A stretch of 64,000 nt of DNA from Coraliomargarita sp. (GTDB lineage: Bacteria > Verrucomicrobiota > Verrucomicrobiia > Opitutales > Coraliomargaritaceae), in NCBI GenBank assembly GCA_965216325.1, contig OZ244160.1, positions 768,001 through 832,000 on the forward strand, in the 5' to 3' direction. Below the pieces are notes generated by a model. It did not search any database. It saw only the letters and a list, made by a program, of their open reading frames with translations, and had not been told where the DNA came from. The stretch's first letter is position 1, and each line of letters opens with the position of its first letter. The position numbers and the translations under genes are program-made. Shown in pieces: positions 43,172 to 52,042 of this stretch.

Positions 43172-44557
43172 CTACAGGGCATCCAACGGGCTGAGTATCT
43201 GATCTGTCTGGTCTTCCATCACGTGCAGATAGATCATTGTGGTCTCCACGCAGGTATGCCCGAGAAACTCTTGAACGGTTCGTATATTGGTGCCGTTTTC
43301 CAGTAGATGCGTGGCGTAGCTGTGCCGCAGCACGTGCGAGTTCGAGCGTTTGGGGATTTCAGCCTCTGCTGCTGCCCTTGAGAGCTGCTTCTGGTAGGCT
43401 CTCGGCAGAACATGATGCCGCCGCTTGGGTGCATCCGGCTCGCCCCGAGGGTCCCTCGATAGCCGGTCCATCGGAAAAAACCAAAACCACGCCCAGCTCT
43501 TTGCGGCTTTCGGCATCTTCTTACCCAATGCATTGGGCAGATAGACGCCGGGCGTATCTGCCTTGCGGTCTGCCTCGTGTAGCGGACGTATCGCCTCTAA
43601 ATGCGCTTCAAGCGACGTCTTCAGTGACTTGGGTAGTGGCACACATCGGTCCTTATTGCCCTTCGAGGCGCGTATGTAGAGTTTGTTGCGTTCCAGATCA
43701 ATGTCCTTGACCCTCAAGCGGCACAGCTCGGAGATACGTAGGCCGCAGCCATACTGTAGCCGTGCCATCAAGGCCCATTTGCCGTGCATTTTGTCGAACA
43801 GTCGCTTGATCTCACCCATCGAATAGACGACCGGGTAATACTTCTTCGGATTTGCCTTCACGTAGTCGCTGAAGTCGCCCAGCTCTAGTTTCCGCACCTC
43901 CCGTAGGAAAAATACACCTGCATTGAGTGCCTGCTTCTGTGTGCTTGCTGCGATGCCTTCTTCCACTGCCAGATAGCTGAGGAAGCGTTTCAGAGCTGCC
44001 TCATCAAAATCCTCCAAGCCATTTTTGCTGCCCAGAAAGCGCTCCATTCGCCGAATCCAGCCAAGGTAGGCCTCCTCTGTCCGGTAAGACTTCTGCTGCA
44101 CCCGCATCAAGCGCACCGTCTCCTCATACCAAGGGTCAATCGGTGCCTGCTTCTGAAGCTCTGCGACTGTGTGTGCATACTGTTGGCGGCCATCCGCAAA
44201 TTCCCGTGCTGCAGTCGCTTCCGCGGATAGGTTTACCTCTCCGCGCTCCTCCCGCGGTTTAGGCCGTGCATTCGATTGTTTGGCCGGCTGCTCCGCAACG
44301 TTCCGGCGCTTTGCTGCCTCGCGGAAAAACCAGTTCAAGCCGTCCATCCACTGTTTTACCTGCCATTCTGCGGGGTGACGCGTCTCCACTAGGTGCTCAA
44401 TGAAATCGCGCGCTGAGGTCGTCGTTGCCGGGCTCGACTCCCGCTTTAAATGCCCCAGGAACCAGTTGATAATGATGCGGTGCCGTTCACGTTCACTCTC
44501 ATGCAGCCGTGCGGATTTGAGAGCCTCGGACCAATTAGGAAATGAGATTGTCGTCAT
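43172..44557 (-). CDS. intI: Integron integrase with N-terminal extension (~461 aa)
   Basis: YRTEEAY..WI, STQKQALNA, CGLRISE, KGNKDR, integron-specific insert GVYLPNALGKK.P.A..SW.WFWFFP....SRDPR..RRHH, HVLRHS, LGH, TTMIY; divergent from cassette array. Confidence 0.95.
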   Translation of the reverse strand: MTTISFPNWSEALKSARLHESERERHRIIINWFLGHLKRESSPATTTSARDFIEHLVETRHPAEWQVKQWMDGLNWFFREAAKRRNVAEQPAKQSNARPKPREERGEVNLSAEATAAREFADGRQQYAHTVAELQKQAPIDPWYEETVRLMRVQQKSYRTEEAYLGWIRRMERFLGSKNGLEDFDEAALKRFLSYLAVEEGIAASTQKQALNAGVFFLREVRKLELGDFSDYVKANPKKYYPVVYSMGEIKRLFDKMHGKWALMARLQYGCGLRISELCRLRVKDIDLERNKLYIRASKGNKDRCVPLPKSLKTSLEAHLEAIRPLHEADRKADTPGVYLPNALGKKMPKAAKSWAWFWFFPMDRLSRDPRGEPDAPKRRHHVLPRAYQKQLSRAAAEAEIPKRSNSHVLRHSYATHLLENGTNIRTVQEFLGHTCVETTMIYLHVMEDQTDQILSPLDAL

Positions 44558-44799
44558 AACCGAAATAGTGCACGTAAGTTCACTTTTCGCAAGTGAGATC
44601 AGCAAAATACCTGAAGTTCAGATCGCAGTGGCGTAGAAGCTCGCGCGCGCGTATTCGGAGACATTCTGACACACTGACTGTCGAGTTATACTGAAACGCC
44701 GCAATCTAAGTATGCTGCAATTCGCTCATATAGAGCAATTAGCGAATTTCTTTTTATTGGTCTTGTAACGTTTTAAGGATGATGCAAATCTTTCAAAAA

Positions 44800-44823
44800 A
44801 TACACTAATAAAAACTGTTATGG
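44800..44823 (+). other. attI core (crossover G|TT at 44817/44818)
   Basis: ACTAATAAAAACT-GTTATGG; GTTATGG is the exact complement of CCATAAC that ends cassette 1. Confidence 0.75.
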
Positions 44824-45260
44824 AAATGAAATTTGAAGAAGTCAAAGATGCCAAAACAGTCCTGAAATATCTTTCCGAATCGGGCATCGGTGGGCTGAAT
44901 GAAAAAGAAATCGACAGGTGCATATCCCTTCTGTGCAAGTCCCACGTTCCATATACCGCAAAATCTGGCGGAGATATGAGAGTCATTGTCGCTTCGCAAC
45001 TTTTGAACACCGCGAAGCAGCAACTTTTTATACAAAGAATAGAAGAAGAAAATCAAAACACTCAGAATTGGTTCAAGGTTCTTGCTATAGGTTCCCTTGC
45101 AATAGGAGCCTTATCATTCCCATGGCAGGCAGGGATAGATACCCACAAATTATGCAGATTTGTCCTACCAGAACATATGACATCCAAATGCGGTGAGCCG
45201 AAGGAAATGGTGGACATCCAAGAGCAACCACAACCCTCTCAATCATCGAAGGAAACCAAT

Positions 45261-45266
<6 letters not shown>
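44820..45266 (+). CDS. Cassette 1: hypothetical protein, one TM
   Basis: ORF fills cassette; stop TAA lies in R'' CCATAAC. Confidence 0.75.
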
Positions 45267-45809
<543 letters not shown>

Positions 45810-45813
<4 letters not shown>

Positions 45814-45871
45814 AACCAGACGCTACGGGGCAACGCCGCTAGCGCGCCGTCGCCCGAGCTTCACGTTATGA
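45810..45871 (+). other. attC site 2
   Basis: CTAGAAC-CAGACGCTACGGG...CCCGAGCTTCAC-GTTATGA. Confidence 0.88.
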
Positions 45872-46431
45872 AGTTAAAAATTGTTTTAACGCTCTTAGCT
45901 GCCACCTCAGCACTTTTTAGTGCTGGCGAGCCGAAGATCTATAAAGAAATCACTCTAGCCTTTGGGGATGTATATGGTGGGAACGATTGGGGAGTTTATC
46001 TCAATGGGGAACGATTGAACGAAACACTCGACGAAGCCCTTGAGAGGTATAGTGATACACCAATCCTATCTGTTATAGTTGAAGTAAACCCTAGATTGCC
46101 ACACAATCGAGGAGTATTAAATGGACATGACTTGTTTGAAGACCCAAACCTCGGTGATCGATATTTGATCAAGCAGGGAGAAGCACGAAAGCTGCGGTTC
46201 GTTCGAACACCTGTAACTCGCACAGAAGCATGGGCGCGCATCAAAGAATATATTCAGGAGCAAGAATTGGACATGAACGAAGTCAGGCTTCAGAGCATTA
46301 GATTTTTACATCGAGAAGAAACCAATCATTACAGATGGCATTTTATTTACCCTCGCAAGAGGGCCAGCGGAAAGCTTACCATATTCTACGATCTACTTAC
46401 CGACGGAATTACCCACGGATACGCCCCTTAA
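45868..46431 (+). CDS. Cassette 3: secreted hypothetical protein
   Basis: Signal peptide; ATG inside the GTTATGA core. Confidence 0.75.
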   Translation: MKLKIVLTLLAATSALFSAGEPKIYKEITLAFGDVYGGNDWGVYLNGERLNETLDEALERYSDTPILSVIVEVNPRLPHNRGVLNGHDLFEDPNLGDRYLIKQGEARKLRFVRTPVTRTEAWARIKEYIQEQELDMNEVRLQSIRFLHREETNHYRWHFIYPRKRASGKLTIFYDLLTDGITHGYAP

Positions 46432-46436
46432 CACAA

Positions 46437-46497
<61 letters not shown>

Positions 46498-46504
46498 AAA
46501 TAAA

Positions 46505-46909
46505 ATGATCATTCTCATTTCAGCCATAGGACTCACGATAGCACTCGGGCTACTCTGCATAGCCGTAAGGAACAAAAGAACCTGGCTACAAATGACCATT
46601 GCAGCGGTGTCAATTTTAGCAGCAGCTATTGTCTCTGGTAATATCGGAGTCGTAGTTGGAAGCAGCTTAGAAGAGAATAAAAATAGAATACTGATTCACG
46701 ATTTAGCATCAGAGCTAAAACGAATACCTGAAGGATCTAGAACATTACTGGATCACTCCTTAATCGATTTAAACGAAGCACACCAAAAGAAAGATGATGC
46801 TGACTTAGTCCAGAAAGACTATGTCTCGATGGCGGAGATAGCTTTGATCTCCAATGCACGATCCTACTCACTAGAAAAGCAGCCCCAACAAGACGGAGTG
46901 AGCAACTAG
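46505..46909 (+). CDS. Cassette 4: two-TM hypothetical protein
   Basis: Two N-terminal hydrophobic helices; ORF reads into attC4. Confidence 0.7.
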   Translation: MIILISAIGLTIALGLLCIAVRNKRTWLQMTIAAVSILAAAIVSGNIGVVVGSSLEENKNRILIHDLASELKRIPEGSRTLLDHSLIDLNEAHQKKDDADLVQKDYVSMAEIALISNARSYSLEKQPQQDGVSN

Positions 46910-46948
46910 TGTGCTGCGCCCACTAGTCGCTCATCCTCGACGTTAGAC
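46883..46948 (+). other. attC site 4
   Basis: CCCCAAC-AAGACGGAGTGAGCAACTAGTG...CACTAGTCGCTCATCCTCGAC-GTTAGAC. Confidence 0.88.
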
Positions 46949-46955
46949 AGAAATA

Positions 46956-47486
46956 ATGAAATCAAAAATCTCAGCACTCTGGAAGTTCATCAACACCCCG
47001 ATAATCATACTGCTGCTTGCGTGTTTAGCACTCCCCCTGGTGTTGCAAACCTTTCTATCAGTCATCTACAGAATCGAGCGGCTTAGTCATTCATACCAAG
47101 ACAATTCCATAGTATTAAATCCAACTCGCTTTAAGGAAGTCAGAGATAAAATCATCTGGTCTCAATTTGAAATGAGAGAAGACTTAGGACGTAAAGACCT
47201 CCTGTTTTTTCCGAAAATCAAAAATGAATCGAACGAAACACTAACAGCAATCAGAGCATCACTCCTAATTTATGACGAAGAAGGGAAACTACTAGACGTA
47301 ACACCTATATTTATTCAGTCAGAGTATTTGTTCCCAGGAGAGGAATACACAGCAAAAATATCGATTAAATATGGCTTTTCTAGCATGCCATCCGCAGATC
47401 TACGTGCAGCTGTAATTGATGGAAAGCAAAAGCTGAAATTTGAAGGCAGGATCGACAACTTCTCAGTTATTCGAGACGTCCGCTAA
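46956..47486 (+). CDS. Cassette 5: membrane-anchored protein with FxLYD-like domain
   Basis: N-terminal TM; IKNES, LIYDEEGKLLD, LFPGEE. Confidence 0.7.
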   Translation: MKSKISALWKFINTPIIILLLACLALPLVLQTFLSVIYRIERLSHSYQDNSIVLNPTRFKEVRDKIIWSQFEMREDLGRKDLLFFPKIKNESNETLTAIRASLLIYDEEGKLLDVTPIFIQSEYLFPGEEYTAKISIKYGFSSMPSADLRAAVIDGKQKLKFEGRIDNFSVIRDVR

Positions 47487-47507
47487 ACTAGAACCGAAGT
47501 AAATTAG

Positions 47508-47563
<56 letters not shown>

Positions 47564-47569
<6 letters not shown>

Positions 47570-47791
47570 GAAAGAATTTTACAGTTCTGAGATCGAAGGC
47601 ATTCAGATTTGAAGGGGAAGAGAATCTAACCAGACGCTGGAAAGAAAAAAGAAGAAGAGAATTTTGTTAGACTCCACACGGCTTCGGTGAGAAAATAAAA
47701 AGAGAAGAAAAGGAAAATTTCAGAATCCAAGATTCACAGTGAGAATCACCATCACAGACAACCACAACCAACTGACTGGAATGGACACATC
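47564..47791 (+). other. Cassette 6 body: ORF-less, purine-rich
   Basis: Starts G|ATGTGT, ends with complementary ACACATC (47785-47791); no ORF of 60 aa or more. Confidence 0.65.
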
Positions 47792-47840
47792 CCTGAAGTT
47801 ATCAATCGCGCGCAGCCGCGTTGATAACTGATTGTTGAAC
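47785..47840 (-). other. Element-borne attC-like site
   Basis: Bottom strand GTTCAAC-AATC-AGTTATCAACGCG...CGCGATTGATAACT-TCAGG-G|ATGTGT. Confidence 0.7.
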
Positions 47841-48139
47841 AAGCCCGCCCTTGGATTAACGGCGCGGCTTAGTATATGCGAAACGCTTTTGGCGGCACTG
47901 CTGGAGGGGCGTTCGGATCGACGCGGCTAGGAGATTTGTAAATCTCAAGCTGCGGCAGGCATGTGGTTTTCCGGCATCATGCCGTAAAACCACATCAGCA
48001 CAGAGAGTTGGTGTGGGCGCAGCTAAATAATGGCGTTTTCGTATCCACGCTACGGATACATCCCAAAAACGGGCACAAGCAAGCACGGCCCAAATCTGAT
48101 GGGATTCGGGGCTGCGGCCTGTCTGTTGAACACGGTTGA

Positions 48140-49243
48140 TCATTTGCGGTAAAGTAAGGCGGTGCTCAGCGGTGGGCCACGGACTGGACGGAGCTTGCCG
48201 ACGCGGTGCAGCTGCCCCTCGCAACAAGGACAACGCAGAGGCTGTTCTTCAGGTAGTTGGATCGCAGGTGCACGGCCGCCGAGCAGGAAGCGCAGCCTGC
48301 GGTATTTATCCCGCGCGGCAGCTGAGAGGGTGCCATAGTGCCGCACGCGTGTCAGCCCCTTGGGCAGAACATGCAGCAGCCAGCGGCGTATCAGCTCGGC
48401 GGGCTCAAGAGCCATCAGCCTGCGCTGGCCCGTAGCCGAATCGGTCCACCATAGCCGCACACGCCCTTGCGCATCGTAACCAGCCAGACGTTCTTCACTG
48501 AAGGCGCTCTTGCCCACATACGCCGCGAGGTAGCGTAGTGCACGTTTGCCACGACCAACCGGTTGAACGTTCACGTTCCAATCCATACGCGCGAGTTGTG
48601 GATCCAGTTCAGCAGACCGGCCCGGATGTTTCTCGCGCAACGCACGCAGGAACTGGTCGCGATAGCTGCGCGCCAGCGCGGCATACGGCAACAGGTAGTT
48701 CTCGTGCTTGGCGCGGATTACTTCGCATCCGCTCTGGCTGAGTGCAGCGGCAGGCACGAGCACGTGCACATGCGGGTGATACTGCACTTGCCGTGTCCAC
48801 GTATGCAGCACCGCCACAAAGCCCGGCTCGCCACCAAAGTGCTTCGGATTGGCAAACAGTTCTTTGATCGCTCCAGAGCTGGCCGCGAACAACAACTGAT
48901 AGGCGACCCGGTCGTAGCGCAGGAAGAACCCGCGCAGTTGCTCGGGCACCGTGAAGGTCAGCATGAAGTATGGCACCGGTAAGCGGCGAGCCTGTTGGCG
49001 TGCTGACCACAGCTGCTGCGTGCGCCCTCCACAACTCGGACAGGCTCGATGGTTGCAGCTGTGATACACATAGTGCTCACGCTCGCAACTGGCACACAGG
49101 TGCACATGCCCGCCCAATCTAGACGTGCGACAACTCAAGACGGCTTCGACTGCTCGCCAGTGTGCGGCAGGGATCTTGTGTGCCCCGCCGCGCGCGCTGA
49201 CATACTCCGGCCAATGCCGCCGCAGTAGATCGGCCAGCCTCAA
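48140..49243 (-). CDS. IS91-family HUH (Y2) rolling-circle transposase
   Basis: Zn-binding CRT..LGG..C..C..SCNHRACPSC, LHTW, HPHVH (HUH), YLAAY (Y2), VRHYG, C-terminal CPCC. Confidence 0.93.
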   Translation of the reverse strand: MRLADLLRRHWPEYVSARGGAHKIPAAHWRAVEAVLSCRTSRLGGHVHLCASCEREHYVYHSCNHRACPSCGGRTQQLWSARQQARRLPVPYFMLTFTVPEQLRGFFLRYDRVAYQLLFAASSGAIKELFANPKHFGGEPGFVAVLHTWTRQVQYHPHVHVLVPAAALSQSGCEVIRAKHENYLLPYAALARSYRDQFLRALREKHPGRSAELDPQLARMDWNVNVQPVGRGKRALRYLAAYVGKSAFSEERLAGYDAQGRVRLWWTDSATGQRRLMALEPAELIRRWLLHVLPKGLTRVRHYGTLSAAARDKYRRLRFLLGGRAPAIQLPEEQPLRCPCCEGQLHRVGKLRPVRGPPLSTALLYRK

Positions 49244-50205
49244 CGCTTGCTGCGCTTCGACAAGGCCGGAGCGATCACACTGTCAAACAGTGCGCTCTGG
49301 CTCTGGCGGCCACCTTCTTCACTTAGCTCGGTTACATGCAGATACACCAGCGTGCTCTTCAGTTCCGAGTGGCCGAGATAGCGACTGACCTGACGAATCG
49401 ACACCCCGTCCTCCAGCAAATGTGTGGCAAAACTATGCCGCAAGGTATGCACCGTGAAGTGCTTGTTGATGCCACTATTGGCGCGGATGATCCGCATCGC
49501 CATCTCCAGCGCCGAGCTGCTCATCGGCTTGGCGCTGCGGTGCATCGCCTGCGCCTGAGAGATGCCTGACTGCTTCCAGCCGCGCCCCACGCCAGGGAAC
49601 AGCCAGTCCGGATTGCGGTGGCACTTATAAAATGCCCGCAACCGCTTGACCATTGCCGGGCAAATCGGCACCTCACGCGCCTTGTTGCCCTTGCCATGGC
49701 GCACGCGAACGACGCCGCGTCCAGAGTCGATATCCGTCGGCTTGAGCTGCAAGGCCTCCTGTAAACGCAAACCACAGTGATAGATCAGCGAGAGCACCGC
49801 CCGAAAGCGACCCTCATGCACACAGGCCAGCACACGCCGCACCTCGTCGCGCGTGAGCACGCTCGGCAAAGGCTCGCGCCGCTGCAGCGTGAACTCCGAC
49901 CACAGCTTCCACTCCCGGGCCAGCACATCACGGTAAAGCGTCCGAATCGGCACCAGCGCCTGATTCACCGTTGACGCGGCCAGCTTTTGGTCGTCGCGCA
50001 GGTAGATCAGATAGTCCAACACCTGACGTTCCGATAGACGGCGCAACCCCGGGCCCTTCGGTTGGTAGTGCTCGCCCAAGCGATTGACCCAATCCAGATA
50101 AGCCTTACGACTACGAGGCGAGTGAGCTTTGCTATGGACATGCGCATAGAACTGTTGATACGTTTGCGAACACTGAGTCTTTGATGATTTGGTATTTTTT
50201 TTCAT
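49240..50205 (-). CDS. Tyrosine recombinase (phage-integrase family)
   Basis: CGLRLQE, GKGNKAR, HTLRHSFATHLLE, LGH, TLVY; lacks the IntI insert; 4-bp overlap with transposase. Confidence 0.93.
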   Translation of the reverse strand: MKKNTKSSKTQCSQTYQQFYAHVHSKAHSPRSRKAYLDWVNRLGEHYQPKGPGLRRLSERQVLDYLIYLRDDQKLAASTVNQALVPIRTLYRDVLAREWKLWSEFTLQRREPLPSVLTRDEVRRVLACVHEGRFRAVLSLIYHCGLRLQEALQLKPTDIDSGRGVVRVRHGKGNKAREVPICPAMVKRLRAFYKCHRNPDWLFPGVGRGWKQSGISQAQAMHRSAKPMSSSALEMAMRIIRANSGINKHFTVHTLRHSFATHLLEDGVSIRQVSRYLGHSELKSTLVYLHVTELSEEGGRQSQSALFDSVIAPALSKRSKR

Positions 50206-50309
50206 CCGGGCAGGTTGGGGCAACTCAGCCTAGCCCGGAACTTTTGACTTTAGAAACCACCCACCAAGACGCCCAAGCACTTAACCAACAGCCGCCGCGC
50301 AGCGGCTTT

Positions 50310-50365
50310 GTTCAACCAGACAGAGTGAGCAACGGCATACGCCGCGCTCATCTTCGACGTTCACT
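50310..50365 (+). other. attC site 6 (hybrid: R'' now supplied by the element end)
   Basis: GTTCAAC-CAGACAGAGTGAGCAACGGC...GCCGCGCTCATCTTCGAC-GTTCACT; body resembles attC4 and attC7. Confidence 0.85.
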
Positions 50366-50374
50366 GGAAAGAAA

Positions 50375-50411
50375 TTGACATTTTAATGTTTTAGCGTTTT
50401 AGTGCTAAATT
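50375..50411 (+). promoter_or_regulatory. TA cassette promoter/operator
   Basis: TTGACA followed by three 8-bp direct repeats TTTTAATG/TTTTAGCG/TTTTAGTG. Confidence 0.55.
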
Positions 50412-50633
50412 ATGAAACGCGCTACCGTATATTTTGAAGAGGACCTCCACCTGGCCCTCAAAATGAAGTCTGCTGAGATTTCAACTCCAGTGTCTGAACT
50501 AGTGAATGACGCTGTCCGTTCGGCACTGCTCGAAGACGCTGAGGACTTAGAAGCATTCAAAGAAAGAGAGAATGAACCCGTAATCGACTTTGAAGCTTTT
50601 GTTGCTGCGCTAAAAGAAGATGGAAAGCTATAA
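50412..50633 (+). CDS. Cassette 7: CopG/RHH antitoxin
   Basis: MKRATVYFEEDLH.ALK...VSELVNDAVR, acidic tail; overlaps toxin gene. Confidence 0.85.
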   Translation: MKRATVYFEEDLHLALKMKSAEISTPVSELVNDAVRSALLEDAEDLEAFKERENEPVIDFEAFVAALKEDGKL

Positions 50634-50880
50634 GATCGTCATCAAGAAATCGGCAGCGAAAGAAATCGAGAAAATCGAAAAGAAAGACCGAATTCGTATT
50701 GTTGAGAAGATTCGAACCCTCGCTCAAGACCCACACCCAGCAGGGAGTAAAAAACTTTCAGGACAAGAAAAATATAGAATCAGACAAGGCAACTACAGAA
50801 TCTTGTATCAGGTTATTGATACAAAATTAGTCATCAATGTTGTTAAAGTGGGACATCGCCGAGACGTCTACAAAAACTGA
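50620..50880 (+). CDS. Cassette 7: RelE/ParE toxin
   Basis: YKIVIKKSAAKEI, P.P.GSKKLSG, YRIRQGNYRILY, VGHRRDVY. Confidence 0.9.
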   Translation: MESYKIVIKKSAAKEIEKIEKKDRIRIVEKIRTLAQDPHPAGSKKLSGQEKYRIRQGNYRILYQVIDTKLVINVVKVGHRRDVYKN

Positions 50881-50940
50881 CGTGAACCAGTCGGAGTGAG
50901 CAACGGGACAATCGCCCCGCGCTCATCCTTTACGTTAACG
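50881..50940 (+). other. attC site 7
   Basis: CGTGAAC-CAGTCGGAGTGAGC...GCTCATCCTTTAC-GTTAACG. Confidence 0.88.
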
Positions 50941-50973
50941 CCGTCGCCACATCTCGACGATCGACGAAAGAAC

Positions 50974-51411
50974 ATGAAGCTCAAGATCCCTATCGTTTTG
51001 ACAATTTTTGCCGCAAGTAACCTCCTTGCGGTCACAGCAACTAAAGAATTGGACGCTGGGTTGTTGTCCATTTTCGAGCAGATGCAGTCAGGTTCGGATG
51101 CTTCAAAGCTCAAAGGAAAAGAATTTTGTGCCGACCTGACAGTGAAGATCGCCACGGAAAAGTTGCTGATATTCACGGATGCTTACCTCCAAGCGGATGA
51201 AGAAACAAAATACCAAATCGGGAAGTGGATATTCACGCCGAATCAAGTTTCTGAAGTCGCAGCAAAGCGTGGAGATGCATTGACAGTAAAGTTTAAGATA
51301 GAAGAGGTCAGAACAGAAGCGCCCTACGCAGACATGCCACACTTTACCGCAACGATCCTATCCATGGAGCCGACAGGAAGCATGGTTGATCCAGTCGATG
51401 GTGGACAATAG
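50974..51411 (+). CDS. Cassette 8: secreted hypothetical protein
   Basis: Likely start MKLKIPIVL at 50974 (signal peptide); stop inside attC8. Confidence 0.7.
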   Translation: MKLKIPIVLTIFAASNLLAVTATKELDAGLLSIFEQMQSGSDASKLKGKEFCADLTVKIATEKLLIFTDAYLQADEETKYQIGKWIFTPNQVSEVAAKRGDALTVKFKIEEVRTEAPYADMPHFTATILSMEPTGSMVDPVDGGQ

Positions 51412-51452
51412 ATTTCGCTGCGCTCATCTATTGCCACATCTCACCGTTGGGG
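51385..51452 (+). other. attC site 8 (ATC-type R'')
   Basis: GTTGATC-CAGTCGATGGTGGACAATAGAT...ATCTATTGCCACATCTCACC-GTTGGGG. Confidence 0.82.
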
Positions 51453-51462
51453 AGAAGAAAAC

Positions 51463-51507
51463 TTGAAAAAAACGGAAAAAGAACTTAATTTAGACTCATT
51501 ATGAGTC
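51463..51507 (+). promoter_or_regulatory. TA cassette promoter and palindromic operator
   Basis: TTGAAA-17-TAATTT; GACTCAT-T-ATGAGTC palindrome over the start codon. Confidence 0.55.
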
Positions 51508-51752
51508 CAATTTTAAGCCCGTATTCGGCCAGTATATCAGAGCTAAAAAAGAATCCCAGCCAGCTTATAGAACAAGCTGACGGTGAAGTAGTTGCCATTC
51601 TAAACCACAATAAGCCAACAGCTTACCTAATCCCAGCAGAGACCTATGAGTGGATTAGCAACCTAATCGAAGATCAGGAACTACGAGATATTATTGAACA
51701 AAGAGAAGCAGAGAAAACACAGGCAAAGGAAATTAGCCTAGATGAGCTATAA
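51501..51752 (+). CDS. Cassette 9: Phd/YefM (StbD-like) antitoxin
   Basis: ASISELKKNP, VAILNHNKPTAYL, ISLDEL. Confidence 0.9.
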   Translation: MSPILSPYSASISELKKNPSQLIEQADGEVVAILNHNKPTAYLIPAETYEWISNLIEDQELRDIIEQREAEKTQAKEISLDEL

Positions 51753-52029
51753 ACTAAAATTCCTACCGAGTGCTCTCAAGGAATGGAATAAAATCGGATC
51801 TACTATCCGAGGGCAGCTAAAAAAGAAGCTGGAGGAGAGATTGAAGGAACCAGTAGTTCCCGGGGACCGACTTCATGGCTTTAAAAATCACTATAAGATT
51901 AAGCTTCGATCCTCCGGTTACAGATTAGTCTACGAAGTCGATGATGGAGAAATCTCAGTCATCGTTATTACCGTTGGGAAGCGAGAGCGGTCAGAAGTCT
52001 ACAGTAAGGCTGAGACGCGCAGCAAGTAA
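51742..52029 (+). CDS. Cassette 9: RelE/StbE toxin
   Basis: YKLKFLPSALKEW, YKIKLRSSGYRLVYEV, VGKRERSEVY. Confidence 0.92.
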   Translation: MSYKLKFLPSALKEWNKIGSTIRGQLKKKLEERLKEPVVPGDRLHGFKNHYKIKLRSSGYRLVYEVDDGEISVIVITVGKRERSEVYSKAETRSK

Positions 52030-52042
52030 CCCCAAACGCCGT

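Larger units (their letters stand above)
47792..50316 (-). mobile_element. Tyrosine recombinase + IS91-type transposase element, inserted inverted into attC6
   Basis: Removing it rejoins ACACATC to CAGACAGAGTGAGC..., restoring a family-typical attC; inverted GTTGAACAA(A/G)(G/C)CCGC motifs near both ends; own hairpin at 47798-47828. Confidence 0.85.

Noticed and set aside
49240..50205. Second integron integrase
   Set aside because: Lacks the IntI-specific insertion and is coupled to the IS91-type transposase
47765..50318. CAACCA direct repeat (47765-47770 and 50313-50318) as a target-site duplication defining the element
   Set aside because: The alternative boundary 47792-50316 gives a perfect ACACATC/GATGTGT pair and integron-type G| junctions. 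CCACAAC matches the cassette start worse, so the 6-mer is probably chance.
50896..50973. N-terminal extension of the cassette 8 ORF
   Set aside because: The tracked start lies inside attC7; the signal peptide begins at 50974
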